A DNA stretch of 64,000 bases, taken from the NCBI GenBank assembly GCA_051294375.1, contig CM119264.1:16155245-16219244 (forward strand), given 5' to 3'. This stretch comes from Paraspadella gotoi. Its lineage: Eukaryota > Animalia > Chaetognatha. The notes below the pieces were generated by a model that was given only the letters and a program-made list of their open reading frames with translations, was not told the DNA's origin and did no database searches. Below are positions 13,201 to 24,174 of this stretch, piece after piece (position 1 is the stretch's first letter; every line of letters begins with the position of its first letter). Position numbers and translations under genes: made by a program.

Positions 13201-16200
13201 ATAGAAAAGCCGAAACACATAAGTATTAAAGTATTCTCTTCAACCTGATGAGCAGTATTCAGAGAAGACCGTCCAAGTGGTACAAGATTTGTTCTTAATC
13301 CATTCAGCCGGAAATGTTAACATCGTAACTACCGAAGGGGCCCGTAACCAAGCGTCTTTAACTGTGATGTGAAATCATGTTTTATCAGAAATTTAAGCAA
13401 AGTACTAGACCTCCCAAAATTATCTCATATTTAAAGTTGTTGATTCTTGCAAAGTTTCGTAGTCAATTTTTAGTGAAACAAGTTTGAGCAAACAATGTCG
13501 GATCCGCCTACTATAATTAAGCGGTAATAAGCTAATCCGATGATAAATCATGGTAATTTTTCTGACTCTCAATTTGTGATTATAACAAATCATAACAGAC
13601 ATCTTAATATATCTCACGGTTCTTTTTATAGGAGGAAAAAGAAAATGGAAATATACCATCTCTGGAATGATAAAAACCTGAAAGGTTGCTGTCTGGACAA
13701 GAGCTTAGGCTAAGTCGAAAAATTTGTCCAAACTCAGTTTTTTTTTAAATTGCAGTTGAAGTTGGTAAGTTAATTTTTGAGAAAATTTGATAACTTTTGT
13801 ACTAATTTTGCAAAATATAGACTCAATTCAAACATCTATATGTCAAACGATATCAGTAAACCGAGAGCTTTAATTTAAGACCACTCCCAACTTTCTCCGA
13901 CTTTTGGTTAAAAAGTTATTAATCAAAATATATTATTTTTTCTTTAAAAAAGTAATGGAATGGTGAGTATTATTGAGAATATAATAAAACTTTAATCTAA
14001 AAAATTGAGGATACCAACAATTTTTGGGGCTTTTTTTGGTAGTACCTCAATAAATATTTATTGTAAAGAGTTGGCAATAGGCTCAAAATGAAGGTCACAT
14101 TATAATTTTTCGACTTAGCCTAAGCTCTTGTCCAGACAGCAACCTTTCAGGTTTTTATCATTCCAGAGATGGTATATTTCCATTTTCTTTTTCCTCCTAT
14201 AAAAAGAACCGTGATCTATGAACAAATCTATAAACCAATTGATCTATCAATCATTACCAGTCGCTGTGCTAATACCAACTTGCATTATTTGGTAAACTTT
14301 CATAATTTAATCAACTAGCATAATTAAATCAACTGGCATAGCTTGGTCAATTGTCATAATTTGGTCATCTGGCATAATTGATCAACTGGCATAATTTGGT
14401 CAATTGTCATAATTTGGTCGATCCATCCATCCAATCTCGAATAATTGGAGTTTTTTGCTAAGGTGGGACGGACGGACGGGCATTGCATTTTTTGCATAAT
14501 TATAGAGTCGGGATCTGCTTATGAGCAGATCCGACTAAAAAACGATTATAACTATAAAAAAATTCTCAGATTTTGATTTATGGATTTTCATCGCCACTTT
14601 TGGTTTTTAGAAATAAAACGTTTTTATGCTGATAAATAAGATTTTTCTGGATATTGTATACTATATAGTTTTAGATTATTTCTCCTTTTTTATAATTTAA
14701 TTCTAAATTATATATTCAAAAATATTAATTACTTTCATAAATTTTATCTCGAAATTACAAAAACTTAAATAATCAATATTTTTGAAAGATTTGTCACATA
14801 CTGTTCTTTCAAATTAAAATGATGAAATAATAAGTTATTCCAAATATTTATTAATTATTATAGAATCAAAAATGAAACTGCGCCTCCTGTATAACTGTCA
14901 ACCTCTTAAAAGTAGGGAAAGTGGCAGGAATCAGGAATTTATGGTTCCAAATGGAACCGGGATTCTTCATGGTTCTTCCCCACCAACAAAGTGAGCATCT
15001 GCTCTGCAAACGCGACATCTCCCGAGAGAAAAACGAAGAGGAAACCTCTTCCCGCCTTCTCTTCCCCCTCCCGTACGCTACCTCAGTACGCCGACACGAG
15101 ACAGAATCACTCGTAACCAAGCAAACCAAGAGGGGGGAATCCCGCGAAGACTTCCGGTGAAGCGCCACGCCCACTTGACCGGACGTCGTAGAAGGGGGGG
15201 ATGAGAAACCGCAAAAAACCAGTCCATGGACGAAAGCCGGGCCTGGAGAAACTGACGGCCAGACGAGGCAACGGCCGAAAGAGCTGTCGGGCGATCAATC
15301 GGCGTCCTTAGACGTCCCTGGAGCCCCGCCCCTACGCTTGGGAGGCGGCGAAGACTTGCGAGGCCGGTAGGGACGGCGAGCGGGACTACGCGGACTGCCA
15401 CGCCCACGCTTGCGGCTAGCAGAACAGGCGCAATTGTGTGGCGCCCCGGAGCGGAGAAGCGAAGAATGGAACGCTTGAGTGACGTCTGTGGAGCGGTCTC
15501 CGAAAAAGAACGACGTGGAGGGCGGAGAACTGGACAGAACTGTCTTGAGATCCGAAGGGGCAGCGTCGACAACTAAGCGCCGAGACTCAGAGAGGGCCGA
15601 ACCAAAAATCGCCGCCAAACCCGACGAGGCGTCTCCAAGGGGCTTGGCAAGATCGTCAAGGTGGCCTGCGTCCACTGCACCGGGCCCCTCCGAGCGAAGG
15701 GCCTAAACCATGAGGCGGAGAGCGTCAGCGACAGAAAGGACAGCATGAGCGGACGCTCCGGCGTCCCTCATGATGCGCTCAAAAGCCTTGAAAGCGCGCG
15801 TCGTCTTGGAGTCCTTCCGAACGGCGTCGAACTGAGCAGCAAGGCAACTCTCTTGAGCAGGAGGACGAAAAATCCGCCGGCGAAGAGACATCCGACCAGC
15901 GCCGGAAACGCGTATTGGCGGAAAGCACGTCCCATGACGGTAAAAGAACGTCGTCCTGGCCAACTCTGCGCAAATCCCTCCACTGCTGTAGGACCCACTC
16001 CGAAGGCTGTACAGAAGCACGACGAGACAAGAAATTGTCAAACCCCGCAGCAGACTCTTCAGAGGAGGAACCCTCCTCTTGATCCGGAAACGGAGGCGTC
16101 GTTCGTTGACTTGCGCAGATGGGGCTCGACGAGGAAGGCGTGACGCAGTCACCCGCTCGGAGCGTGAAGGCCGATCCGCCGCCGAAGAGGGCCGCCAAAG

Positions 16201-19200
16201 AACGCGAAGACTCCAAGTCGCTGGCGAACAAACGAAGATCGACGAAGAACGGCGAAATGGCGAACAGAGGCGTCCAAGAACCATGAAGACAACGTACATG
16301 GAAAAAAAGAGAAATCATTGAAAAATGACAGTCTCAAAAAAAAGAACCCCAAAAAAACACCCCACCAAACAAGACAAGCGAGCCTGAGCCGCCCTCCACC
16401 ACCGGTGGTGCCAGGGGTGGACGGTGGGTGGTTGTTGGTGGGGAAGAACCATGAAGAATCCCGGTTCCATTTGGAACCATAAATTCTATCATGTTGTTCT
16501 TCCCACCAACAAAGTGAGCCTGTAACAAGACCAGGCGAAGGCCCGACAAAAAACAAACAAAGTCGAGTTAGGTGGGGCACAGGAGGAAAACCCCTCTGTA
16601 CGCCGAATGTACGCCAAAAAAAAGGCGAAAAACAAAAACGAAAAGAGAACTCACCGCCAAAGACTCTCCAACTCGGAACGAGACGAGCGGCGAAACTCCT
16701 TAAATTTGCGACGAACGCTAGAAAGAGCGTTGCTAATTTGGAGAAGAACTGCCTCCATCTGAAGGGGCATGACTTCGGCCTGACCAGAAAAGCCCGGAAT
16801 GGCTGATGGTGGAGGCGGTGGTGGAGGCGGCGGCGAAGGCGGTGGCGGAAGAGACATGAGGGTAGTCGAGTTGAAAACACGCGCCTCAGTCCAAAAAACG
16901 GAGAGCACTGGACAAACAAGGGGGCCGAAAACAAGGTTCTTCCCCCTGCAGCCGTACTAAGCGCCGTGGGCAAACGAGAGGGCCGAGTCGCAGCTCTTCC
17001 CTCCGCAGCCGCGCAGGGTGCGTCGAGGGCAAGCGAAAGGGCCGAGTCAAGGCTCTTCCCTCCGAAGCCACGCACAACGAAGACGAAAAAGATGGCGGCC
17101 GTGAAGAGAAAAACTTCAAAAAGCCACGTGTTGAAGAATATCTGTATTCTGAACTCCAAAAAAAAGAAACGAAAAAATATGCAAAATTATTCAACAAAAA
17201 TAATCAAAAAATATTTTCGTAAAAAAAACGGGAGACTGTGAGCGCAAAAGCGCGAACAGAAAGAGTGATTCTGTCTCGTGTCGGCGTACTGAGGTAGCGT
17301 ACGGGAGGGGGAAGAGAAGGCGGGGAAGAGGAGGTTTCCTCTTCGTTTTTCTCTCGGGAGATGTCGCGTTTGCAGAGCAGATGCTCACTTTGTTGGTGGG
17401 GAAGAACAACATGATAGAATCAAAGCTTGCACAGCATTCTGTGGATGCTTGCAGAAGGTCAATGCGGCTGAGGGTAGATTTTTTTAATAGATTGTATTGT
17501 TTAAACACTTTTACATTACATTTAGTGAAAAGTTTAATTTTTTTTAACAAGGAATTTTTTTTTAACAAGGAATTTTTTAATTTTCTATAAAAAACGGATA
17601 TTTTTCGGCTTTAATCAGCGTTTCACAATTTGTAAAATTATTTTATCAAAATTATGTGCAAAAGAAGAGGGAGAGAGAGATAGTAAGAGAGAGTAAAAGT
17701 TTTCCAATACAGTTGAAAAAAGGATAGTGGTCAGAAGTGAGGACAGGCTGATGGTAAGGACAGATAGAGTAAATTTTGAAAAGAAGAGAAGAATGGTCAG
17801 AGAGAGAGAGTTATGCAGAGAGAGAGGGTTAGTAACTAATCTATTTATGCAATAGAGAGAAGGAAAATGAAATTTGAAAAATACATTAAGGAAGGATGGC
17901 TATTGGCCAAGTCACACACAATCAAGGGGGGCCAGCTCATTTTAAGCTTTATCTTATTCTTAAACTAACTGATGGGTCGGTCCATCATCTCTATCACTCT
18001 ATGAGTAAAGTCAAAGGAAAAGTCCAAAAAAATAGGCAAAAAAAGTATATTCTCTGAGAGGGAGCTCTTGAGCTGAAGTAGAACCCAAGACAGAACTAAA
18101 ATCTCTCTTTGCTCCTGTCGTGCTCGATGAGGAGGAAGGGAAAGGGAGGAAAAGAGGCGAAAGAGGAAGAAGAAAAGGTGTCTCGAGCGAGAATGGGGAA
18201 GAGAAATGAGGGAATCCAGTGAAATCTACTCATCCCTCTATCTGTTTAACTTTTTCATTCTCTTAGCTATTCCCTCACTAATATGTTTTTGATATTTTAA
18301 TTTTCCCCTCTCTCTATTTTCTCTTATTTATTAGTAGTTAATTGTCGATAATTAATTATTTAATCAGTCTAAAAATTTTATTTCTGTTGTATATGACATA
18401 AATGTATTAGTTACCAACCTTCTTTCTCTGCATATCTCTCTCTCCCTTTCTCTCTCTCAGACCATTATTCGTTTCTTTTCAAAACTTATTCTATCTATCC
18501 CTACCTTCAGCCTGTTCTCACCTCTGACCACTATTCTTTCTCAACTCTGTATTGAAAAATTTTTACTCTCTCTCTCTCTCTTCTTTTGCACAATTTCGCA
18601 AAATAATTTCACAAATTGTTAAACGCTGATAAAGGCTACACAACGAAACGAAAGTAATATCACAATAATATATTATAACAACATTAACAAATTCAAATAT
18701 TTGTTTTAATATTTCCAAAAATTTTTATGGTGATATTCGTTTTCTCTAGTAAAATTTCTGTCATGCTATTTAGAATTAAAAAAATAAATTTACTTTTAGG
18801 GATAAGAAAACATCTTCATTGACTGATTGAAGGAAAAAATTAAATATTTCTAATGGTTTCTTTATAAGCTGTAAATAGACCGGAGTAAACTATGAAATAT
18901 GAAACTAAAAAGTAGAATAAATTTTTGGTTTAAAGTATCATTTTTAAAGAATAAACTAGCTATATTTTTTATTATTTATAAAAATTAAGACACTATTTAA
19001 ACAAAATTTGAACTACTTAATTGAAGGTAGGGGACAAATTACAGCATGAGAAGTCTGCACCTTAATTTTTTTTCCGTTATAACAATAAAAGCTATAAAAA
19101 AAAAAATTCATTTTTTGGTCCTTATCCTGTATTTAGTCATATCTTTCATAGCATATAAGATTTTGCATTAATATTTTTTGTACTTGTCTGAAACATCATG

Positions 19201-22200
19201 TTTTTTTAGATAACTCATTCAAAGGCAAGATTTAAAGTCACCGAAATTTTTTTATTTCTGCATAGTCTCCGCCACGTTAACTTGCATCGTGTCATAAGAA
19301 GCTCTGCAAGAACCTAGAACTTTTAAAAATTTTTGATATTTCTGGGAAAGTACTATGTATGATTCAAAATAATCTTACCGGCAACGAAAGCAGAAACTGG
19401 CAATAGCAAAATCCAAATAATAAATCTGTAAAGGATAGATAAAGGACGAAGTATCCCAGAGAAAACTGATGCTGAACCGCGTTTGAAGCCACAGAAGGCG
19501 GGGCCTACAAAACGTCTCCTCACAGAATCTGTTTAAGAAGAAAGCGATTTCAAACCTTGTAATTTTGTTATTTTTACTACATATTGTAAGGAAAAATAAT
19601 ATAAAAAAATCTTAAAAGCATAAGGATCGTCGCAATTGCGACACTCTGATAATCAGTTAAAGCACTAAAAGTTGTACTAGAAACTTCACAGTGTGTTTAA
19701 AAATTTCAGTTGTATGGTTTAAAAAAAAAAAAAAAAATTAATGCGCGCGAATAAAAACGACTGAATGTTTTGAAAACATCCACTACGCCTTGTAGTAGCT
19801 TGAGATTTTATTTTGTTTCATAAAAGAAAAAAGACGTTTGCCACTCGGATCGTTCAGACATGGCAGGACGTTAAGTTTTGTCTCGATATATGGTCCCACC
19901 CCTGTATATATTTATTATTTATTCTATCTATTTTAAGCGCCGCATAGTAGGGAGTAATAAAACAAATTTATTACCTGTTATAGCTTTCATGGACGTAAGG
20001 CAGAACTTGAATGAATTAACGATGGCTATACACGAATGTCGAGCGCCAATGGCCAGGGAACAACATGCCGCAGTTGCGCCACGAAGTAGAGTTGCGATGA
20101 CGGAAGAGATGAGGTGAATCGGTAAGAGGAGTAAGGACGAACCTTTTGAAGAGATGGAAGAGTTTCGTCCAACGGACTGATTGGCACCCGACAACCGCTG
20201 GATGAGCCAAACCGCTCCGAAAACAGGAGCAAAGACAACAGAGGCGACGGCCTTGATCAAAGTCCCAGCAAAATGAACGAGTAGAAAAAGAAAATTGAGA
20301 AGCCAAGAATGCAAGCGAGAGAAGACTGAGTAACGGGCTGAAGGGCTAAACTTCCTTTGCTTCTTCGATTCTGCGGGAGAAGAAAAAGAACAACGAAAAA
20401 GTGTCATATCCAAGAAATAACTCGAGACAGACTCACCAGAGTCTTCGTCGTCGGAGACGTCGGCTTCGAATCCCTCTACAAGACGCATTTTTAGTACGTC
20501 TTCCGACGAAGCAACGGCGTGAGAAGACGACCTCCATAAGTTTGAGGAGACGCGCTGCGAATTTTCCGTTGCTTTGGAGGAGATAGACGCGCGAATCCGT
20601 TGTCGAGCCTCTAAAGTCAGACAAAGAAGATTTGTTGAGTTAAGCTGGCGACCTTATCATTCTCTCTTCCGCGTATCTCCTTATCGTCATTTTATTGTAA
20701 ATCACTTTACCCCTCGAAATTGTACAATTTTTTCCTTTTTTTTTTCAATTAACTTTTTTCAATTAACTTTTCTTCTCTCCTACTAGGATTTGTCTTTTAT
20801 ATTCTCTACTATGAGCATTTTCCCTTTACTTTCTATAAAATTTTGCTCTTCTGTCTGCACCCACTAGATCTTCACATGAATTGCTTTATACAAAATAGCA
20901 AATTTTTACATGTTTTAATCTTAATAGATAGATAGCTGTACAAACAAAAGAGCATTTTTAAAAACAAAATAATAATAAAATTTAGTTTAAGTACATCCAC
21001 CATAGGTTTTAATATTTTTTTCTGAAAAAAAAAAAAAAAAAAAAAAAGTCCCATTATTTTTTGTTGTTTTTAACATATTCTACTAAAGTGCTCTACAAAA
21101 AAAGAAGCTTTTTGTAAGACAAAGGAATATTTAAAATAAATTTTAACTGTACCCACTACATCTTCACTTGCACCTACTCTTCAACAAAATAATAATTATT
21201 TTTATAAATTTCTATTATCTTAAATCTTTTAAAAATTATTTTTTGATATTTTTTCTTATATTCTATTTTATTTTATTTCTTATTCTATGTTTTGATAAAA
21301 CATTTTAATCATATAACATATTTCAAAAGCAAAATAATATTGTTTTGATTTATAAAATGATATTAGTGCCACAGTAACAGTTCAGTTTAAGCCCTTAAAA
21401 GTGATTTACATGTATTGGCGCATAAATTTTCCTATCTTTTTTAGAACGAAAAGTGTTATGAGGATCATTCCGACAATTCACACCTATCGAAAGCTTGAGA
21501 AGCGTTTCCAAGTCAACGTCAGGTACTCTTTCGCCATCGTCTTCGTCGTCACTAACTTCCGGTTGGTAGAACTGGAGATGAGAAATGTGAAAGTCGAGTC
21601 CGAAGTCATCGCCGGGAAATCTTTGTCGCGCCAACGCACACAGAGAACACCGGCTGTAGAGGTGACGCAGGTTTGACGCGCTACAAGGAATAAGAAGGGA
21701 TCGGTGGGTTAAAGTACAAAATTATAAAATTATTAAATAAAATTTATAAGCGGGCTTACCTGTATAGCCCGTAGGATTTGTGCAACCGCCTTCTGCTCAG
21801 GTTAGGAGACACTATCTTCTTTCCGTCAGGGCCAATGGTCGTATCTTGAAGTTGACCGAATGACCGATTCATGGAGATATCAGCTCCATGTTGATGAACA
21901 TCCGTTGAGGAGGCAGATTTTCCCCAGGCCCCACCTTTGCTGGATCGGGAGGACTTTGCCCCGGCCTTAAGAGCCGATGACAATAGTTTCACCGTTTGTT
22001 TTTTGTCGTTTGAGATGTTGTCACTTTCACCGCCGTTTGGTAATGCGGCCGTGGATGTGGTGGCGTCATCTGGCGCTGGACCGTTTTCGTCGTAAGCGCC
22101 CCCGTAGGCGATTATCGTCTCGCTTCCGTTCAATTCCATCGCGTCTGCGTGTCGCATGTAGATGCCAGTGTGCGAATACGTATAATCTAAAGAAATAGTT

Positions 22201-23123
22201 GAACAGTAGGTTTTCGGGTATCTCCACTCCATATCATAGAAATAATTTTATTTCTAAGATCTAATGTTCGAAAAATTTAGTTCTCAAAAGAATAGTCGCG
22301 TTCTTTAATGATTGAAATATTTTAATATTTTAAATATTTTAATCAATAACTTTAACCTTATTTTGTCTATAGTGGTAGTTTTCATGCAGTCTTTAACTTT
22401 GTTTTGTCTTTAGTCTTTGCTTTTTTGATGCTCAATGTATGTACTGAATCAACCTTGTTGAATTCGAAATAAAACGCATATATCAAAATCCAGTTGTAAA
22501 ATTTACCGGTTTTCGGTCGCTTTTCCCAAACTTCTTCCGTCTTGTCGAGTTCGTCGATCTGTTCCAAGGTGCGCTTTAGTTTCGCGGTAATCTTTGGCGT
22601 CGACGTCGTTTGTGAGACGACGACTTCTCGTCGAACCGTCACAGTCGATTTTCTAAAGTAAGCATAAAAAAATCAATCTAGAGGGTTTCTGAAAAGAGAT
22701 AGGGAAGAGTCTTGCTCACCTCCCGGGTTCGCTAGAATTAGATTCCGTCTTTGATTCCGTCAGTTTGTCCTCTGCCGAAGAGGTAATGACGAAATCGTCG
22801 TCTTTATCAGCGTCTTCTTCCATCGGAATCTCTTCGTCTTCTCCGTTCGTCGTCGCTGCAGAGGTCTTGGCAACTTTTTTTTTGCCACGTCGAGATGAGG
22901 AGGCCTGAACGTCCATAACCTGATATGTAGAAATCGATGAGATTGATGTTGTATTGATGTTGTGGTAAGAAAAAGAAATTTAAATCTTCTCTGCTAAAGC
23001 AAGGACCTGCATCTGTTCCTCGGCGGTTTCGTGACCAGAATCAATGTCAGGGTTTCCATCCTCCTCAGTTTCCATTGCGTCGCCGTTGATGGCGCCTCCC
23101 TTCGTTTTTCGAGACTTAGTCAT
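2293..23123 (-). CDS. SUN-domain protein (SUN1/2, klaroid-like LINC complex component), 19 coding exons, ~1,888 aa
   Basis: Exons (minus strand): 23123-23007, 22919-22720, 22652-22507, 22186-21760, 21680-21484, 20610-19975, 19528-19379, 13179-12453, 12376-12178, 12110-11945, 8630-8481, 7766-7442, 7370-7027, 6880-6692, 6593-6196, 6127-5915, 5756-5086, 4917-4659, 2445-2293. Phases are all compatible and the sum of 5667 nt is divisible by 3. The C-terminal SUN domain is unmistakable (DYALESAGGSILSTRCSETY...PRTVIQPDVHPGQCWAFRG...EHIP...SAPKEF...ILSNHGNSELTCLYRFRVHG). It is preceded by coiled coils and a TM helix (WKAVCCWCLPFLLLLLIFP, 8630-8481). Middle exons are less certain than the SUN domain. 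Confidence 0.88.
2468..4330 (+). mobile_element. Non-autonomous Helentron/DINE-1-like element (family 1) with nested foldback insertion
   Basis: The 5' end AACAAGTTTGAGCAAACAATGTCGGATCTGCC recurs at 13476, 46905-46931(-), 48946-49003(-) and ~60400(-). It has central tandem repeats and a (GGAC/GACA)n microsatellite at 4198-4218, which is the DINE-1/HINE layout. Confidence 0.65.
2630..3145. repeat. ~21-bp tandem repeat (AAAATAACTTGCCTCATTTTT)n
   Basis: Arrays are directly visible at 2630-2940 and 3048-3145 inside the family-1 element. Confidence 0.9.
8934..9770. repeat. 70-bp tandem repeat, ~12 near-identical copies
   Basis: Unit CACTATATGAGCTTAGTAGGGTGGATGACGGAAAATATCACAGGGCCTCGCTATCGAGCCAGAACGACTA repeated head-to-tail with no spacers. 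Confidence 0.95.
11091..11300 (-). repeat. ~210-bp interspersed repeat (other copies 33132-33341 + and 35275-35388 +, partial)
   Basis: Near-identical reverse-complement match (CACTTCATTGATAGGGAAGCCAGGTACTC...TTGGTTGTACCAATTTCA). Class unknown. Confidence 0.8.
13476..14540 (+). mobile_element. Helentron/DINE-1-like family-1 copy with intact 3' stem-loop
   Basis: 5' subterminal GTCGGATCCGC, GGAC microsatellite at 14465-14480 and 3' hairpin GTCGGGATCTGC-TTATGA-GCAGATCCGAC at 14507-14535. An ~18-19-bp central repeat lies at 14270-14420. Confidence 0.7.
13615..14213. mobile_element. MITE with ~110-bp TIRs, CAC...GTG termini and 4-bp TSD (Chapaev/CMC-like)
   Basis: TIR 13615-13724 is the reverse complement of 14104-14213. 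Flanks read ATCT|CACGG...CCGTG|ATCT. Confidence 0.85.
14935..17420 (-). mobile_element. Non-autonomous DIRS1-like tyrosine-recombinase retrotransposon (ITRs + ICR + gag; no RT/RH/YR)
   Basis: ITRs at 14972-15112 and 17263-17407. The ICR at 16432-16519 is the joined reverse complement of both element ends. Both ends share GAAT. Gag-like peptides include FRPPAQESCL..., RRLVVDAAPSDLKTVLSSSPPSTSFFFG and a basic C-terminal tail. Confidence 0.9.
15295..16857 (-). pseudogene. DIRS gag (ORF1), two exons, frameshifted
   Basis: Exon 16857-16655 (MSLPPPP...SELESLWR), predicted intron 16654-16221 (GTGAGT...TTCGCCAG), then an in-frame exon from 16220 (DLESSRSL...). The reading continues through frameshifts via ORFs 15703-16299 and 15295-15675. 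Confidence 0.6.
17590..18640. repeat. Inverted pair of a Penelope pseudo-LTR-like repeat ending in decayed hammerhead motifs
   Basis: 17600-17840 is an approximate reverse complement of 18405-18632. A related copy lies at 39383-39620. Ends read AAACGCTGAT...GCCGAAA..TCCGTTT. Confidence 0.55.
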
Positions 23124-24174
23124 CTTTCATCGCTGAAGGAATTTACTCGATAAGAAACGGCGACGCCGTTAATTAAAACTAAGGAAGAAATAATTAGATA
23201 TTAAGCGGTTGGATGTAGAACAGACAAGTTGAATCTGATGAATTTTTTAATTTTTCATTATTTGAAAATATGATTTTCATTCATATAAAACTGGATTCGC
23301 CTGGATGGAGTCCAACGGATTTAAATACCAAAATAATTCTTAAAGGGCTAAGAAGCAAAAAAATGAATATTAAACTGGAGAACTAATAATTTAACCATGA
23401 ATAAAAAATGTTACGTACGTTTCCTCGAGTGCAATCTCACACTCCCTGGATAAGACGATCACAAACTGTATGAAAAAAATAATTACTTTTAAAACCATAA
23501 AAAATTCTAAAGATGAAAAATCTTTCATTATAATGCATTAAAATAAATAGCCACCTCCTTCGCCGCAAGAATTTACCAAAAATAGAAAAAGCAATATTAA
23601 AAAAAGGAAATTAAGTGACTGATAAGGAAATAAAGAGAGAGAGAGAGCGCAGCGACAATTACAATGACAATATTTTGGCCAGAGGAAACGAGAGAGTGCA
23701 GTGACAACGCAATGGCGGTTTATGGCTACCTTCACATTGATGCCATAAAAGCTTTCTGGTCTGTCGAGACTTGAGAGCATGAAAAAATGAGGTTATAAGC
23801 TACAGTTTTGCAGATGGTAATTCGAAAATACTCTGCGTTTTCACCAGGGAGTGGCGATTTAACATATTTCCAATCAAAAAACATCAATTTTTTTTAACGC
23901 GAATTTTTTTTCGCTAAATCTCCTCGAAAGACGGGGGCACGGAAAAAAGACAATGAGAGGAATAAAATTTTCAACGCGTCACGATTCACTGTAATACATA
24001 AAAAGAAATTCATGATTGAAAAGTATAAGGGATAAAAATAACAAGTGCCGGTTTGGTACATTTGAGTATACGGAAGAAAAGAGAACACGGATATATGTAC
24101 GTAGCTACGAAAATACAAACTTGAAATTAAGTTTAAATGCGTCTTAATTTAATTAATTTTTTTTAAAAAGAGCA

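Noticed and set aside
14866-17590. Many overlapping plus- and minus-strand ORFs suggesting a novel multi-gene cassette
   Set aside because: Expected for GC-rich DIRS sequence. Only the minus-strand gag frames show family-like motifs.
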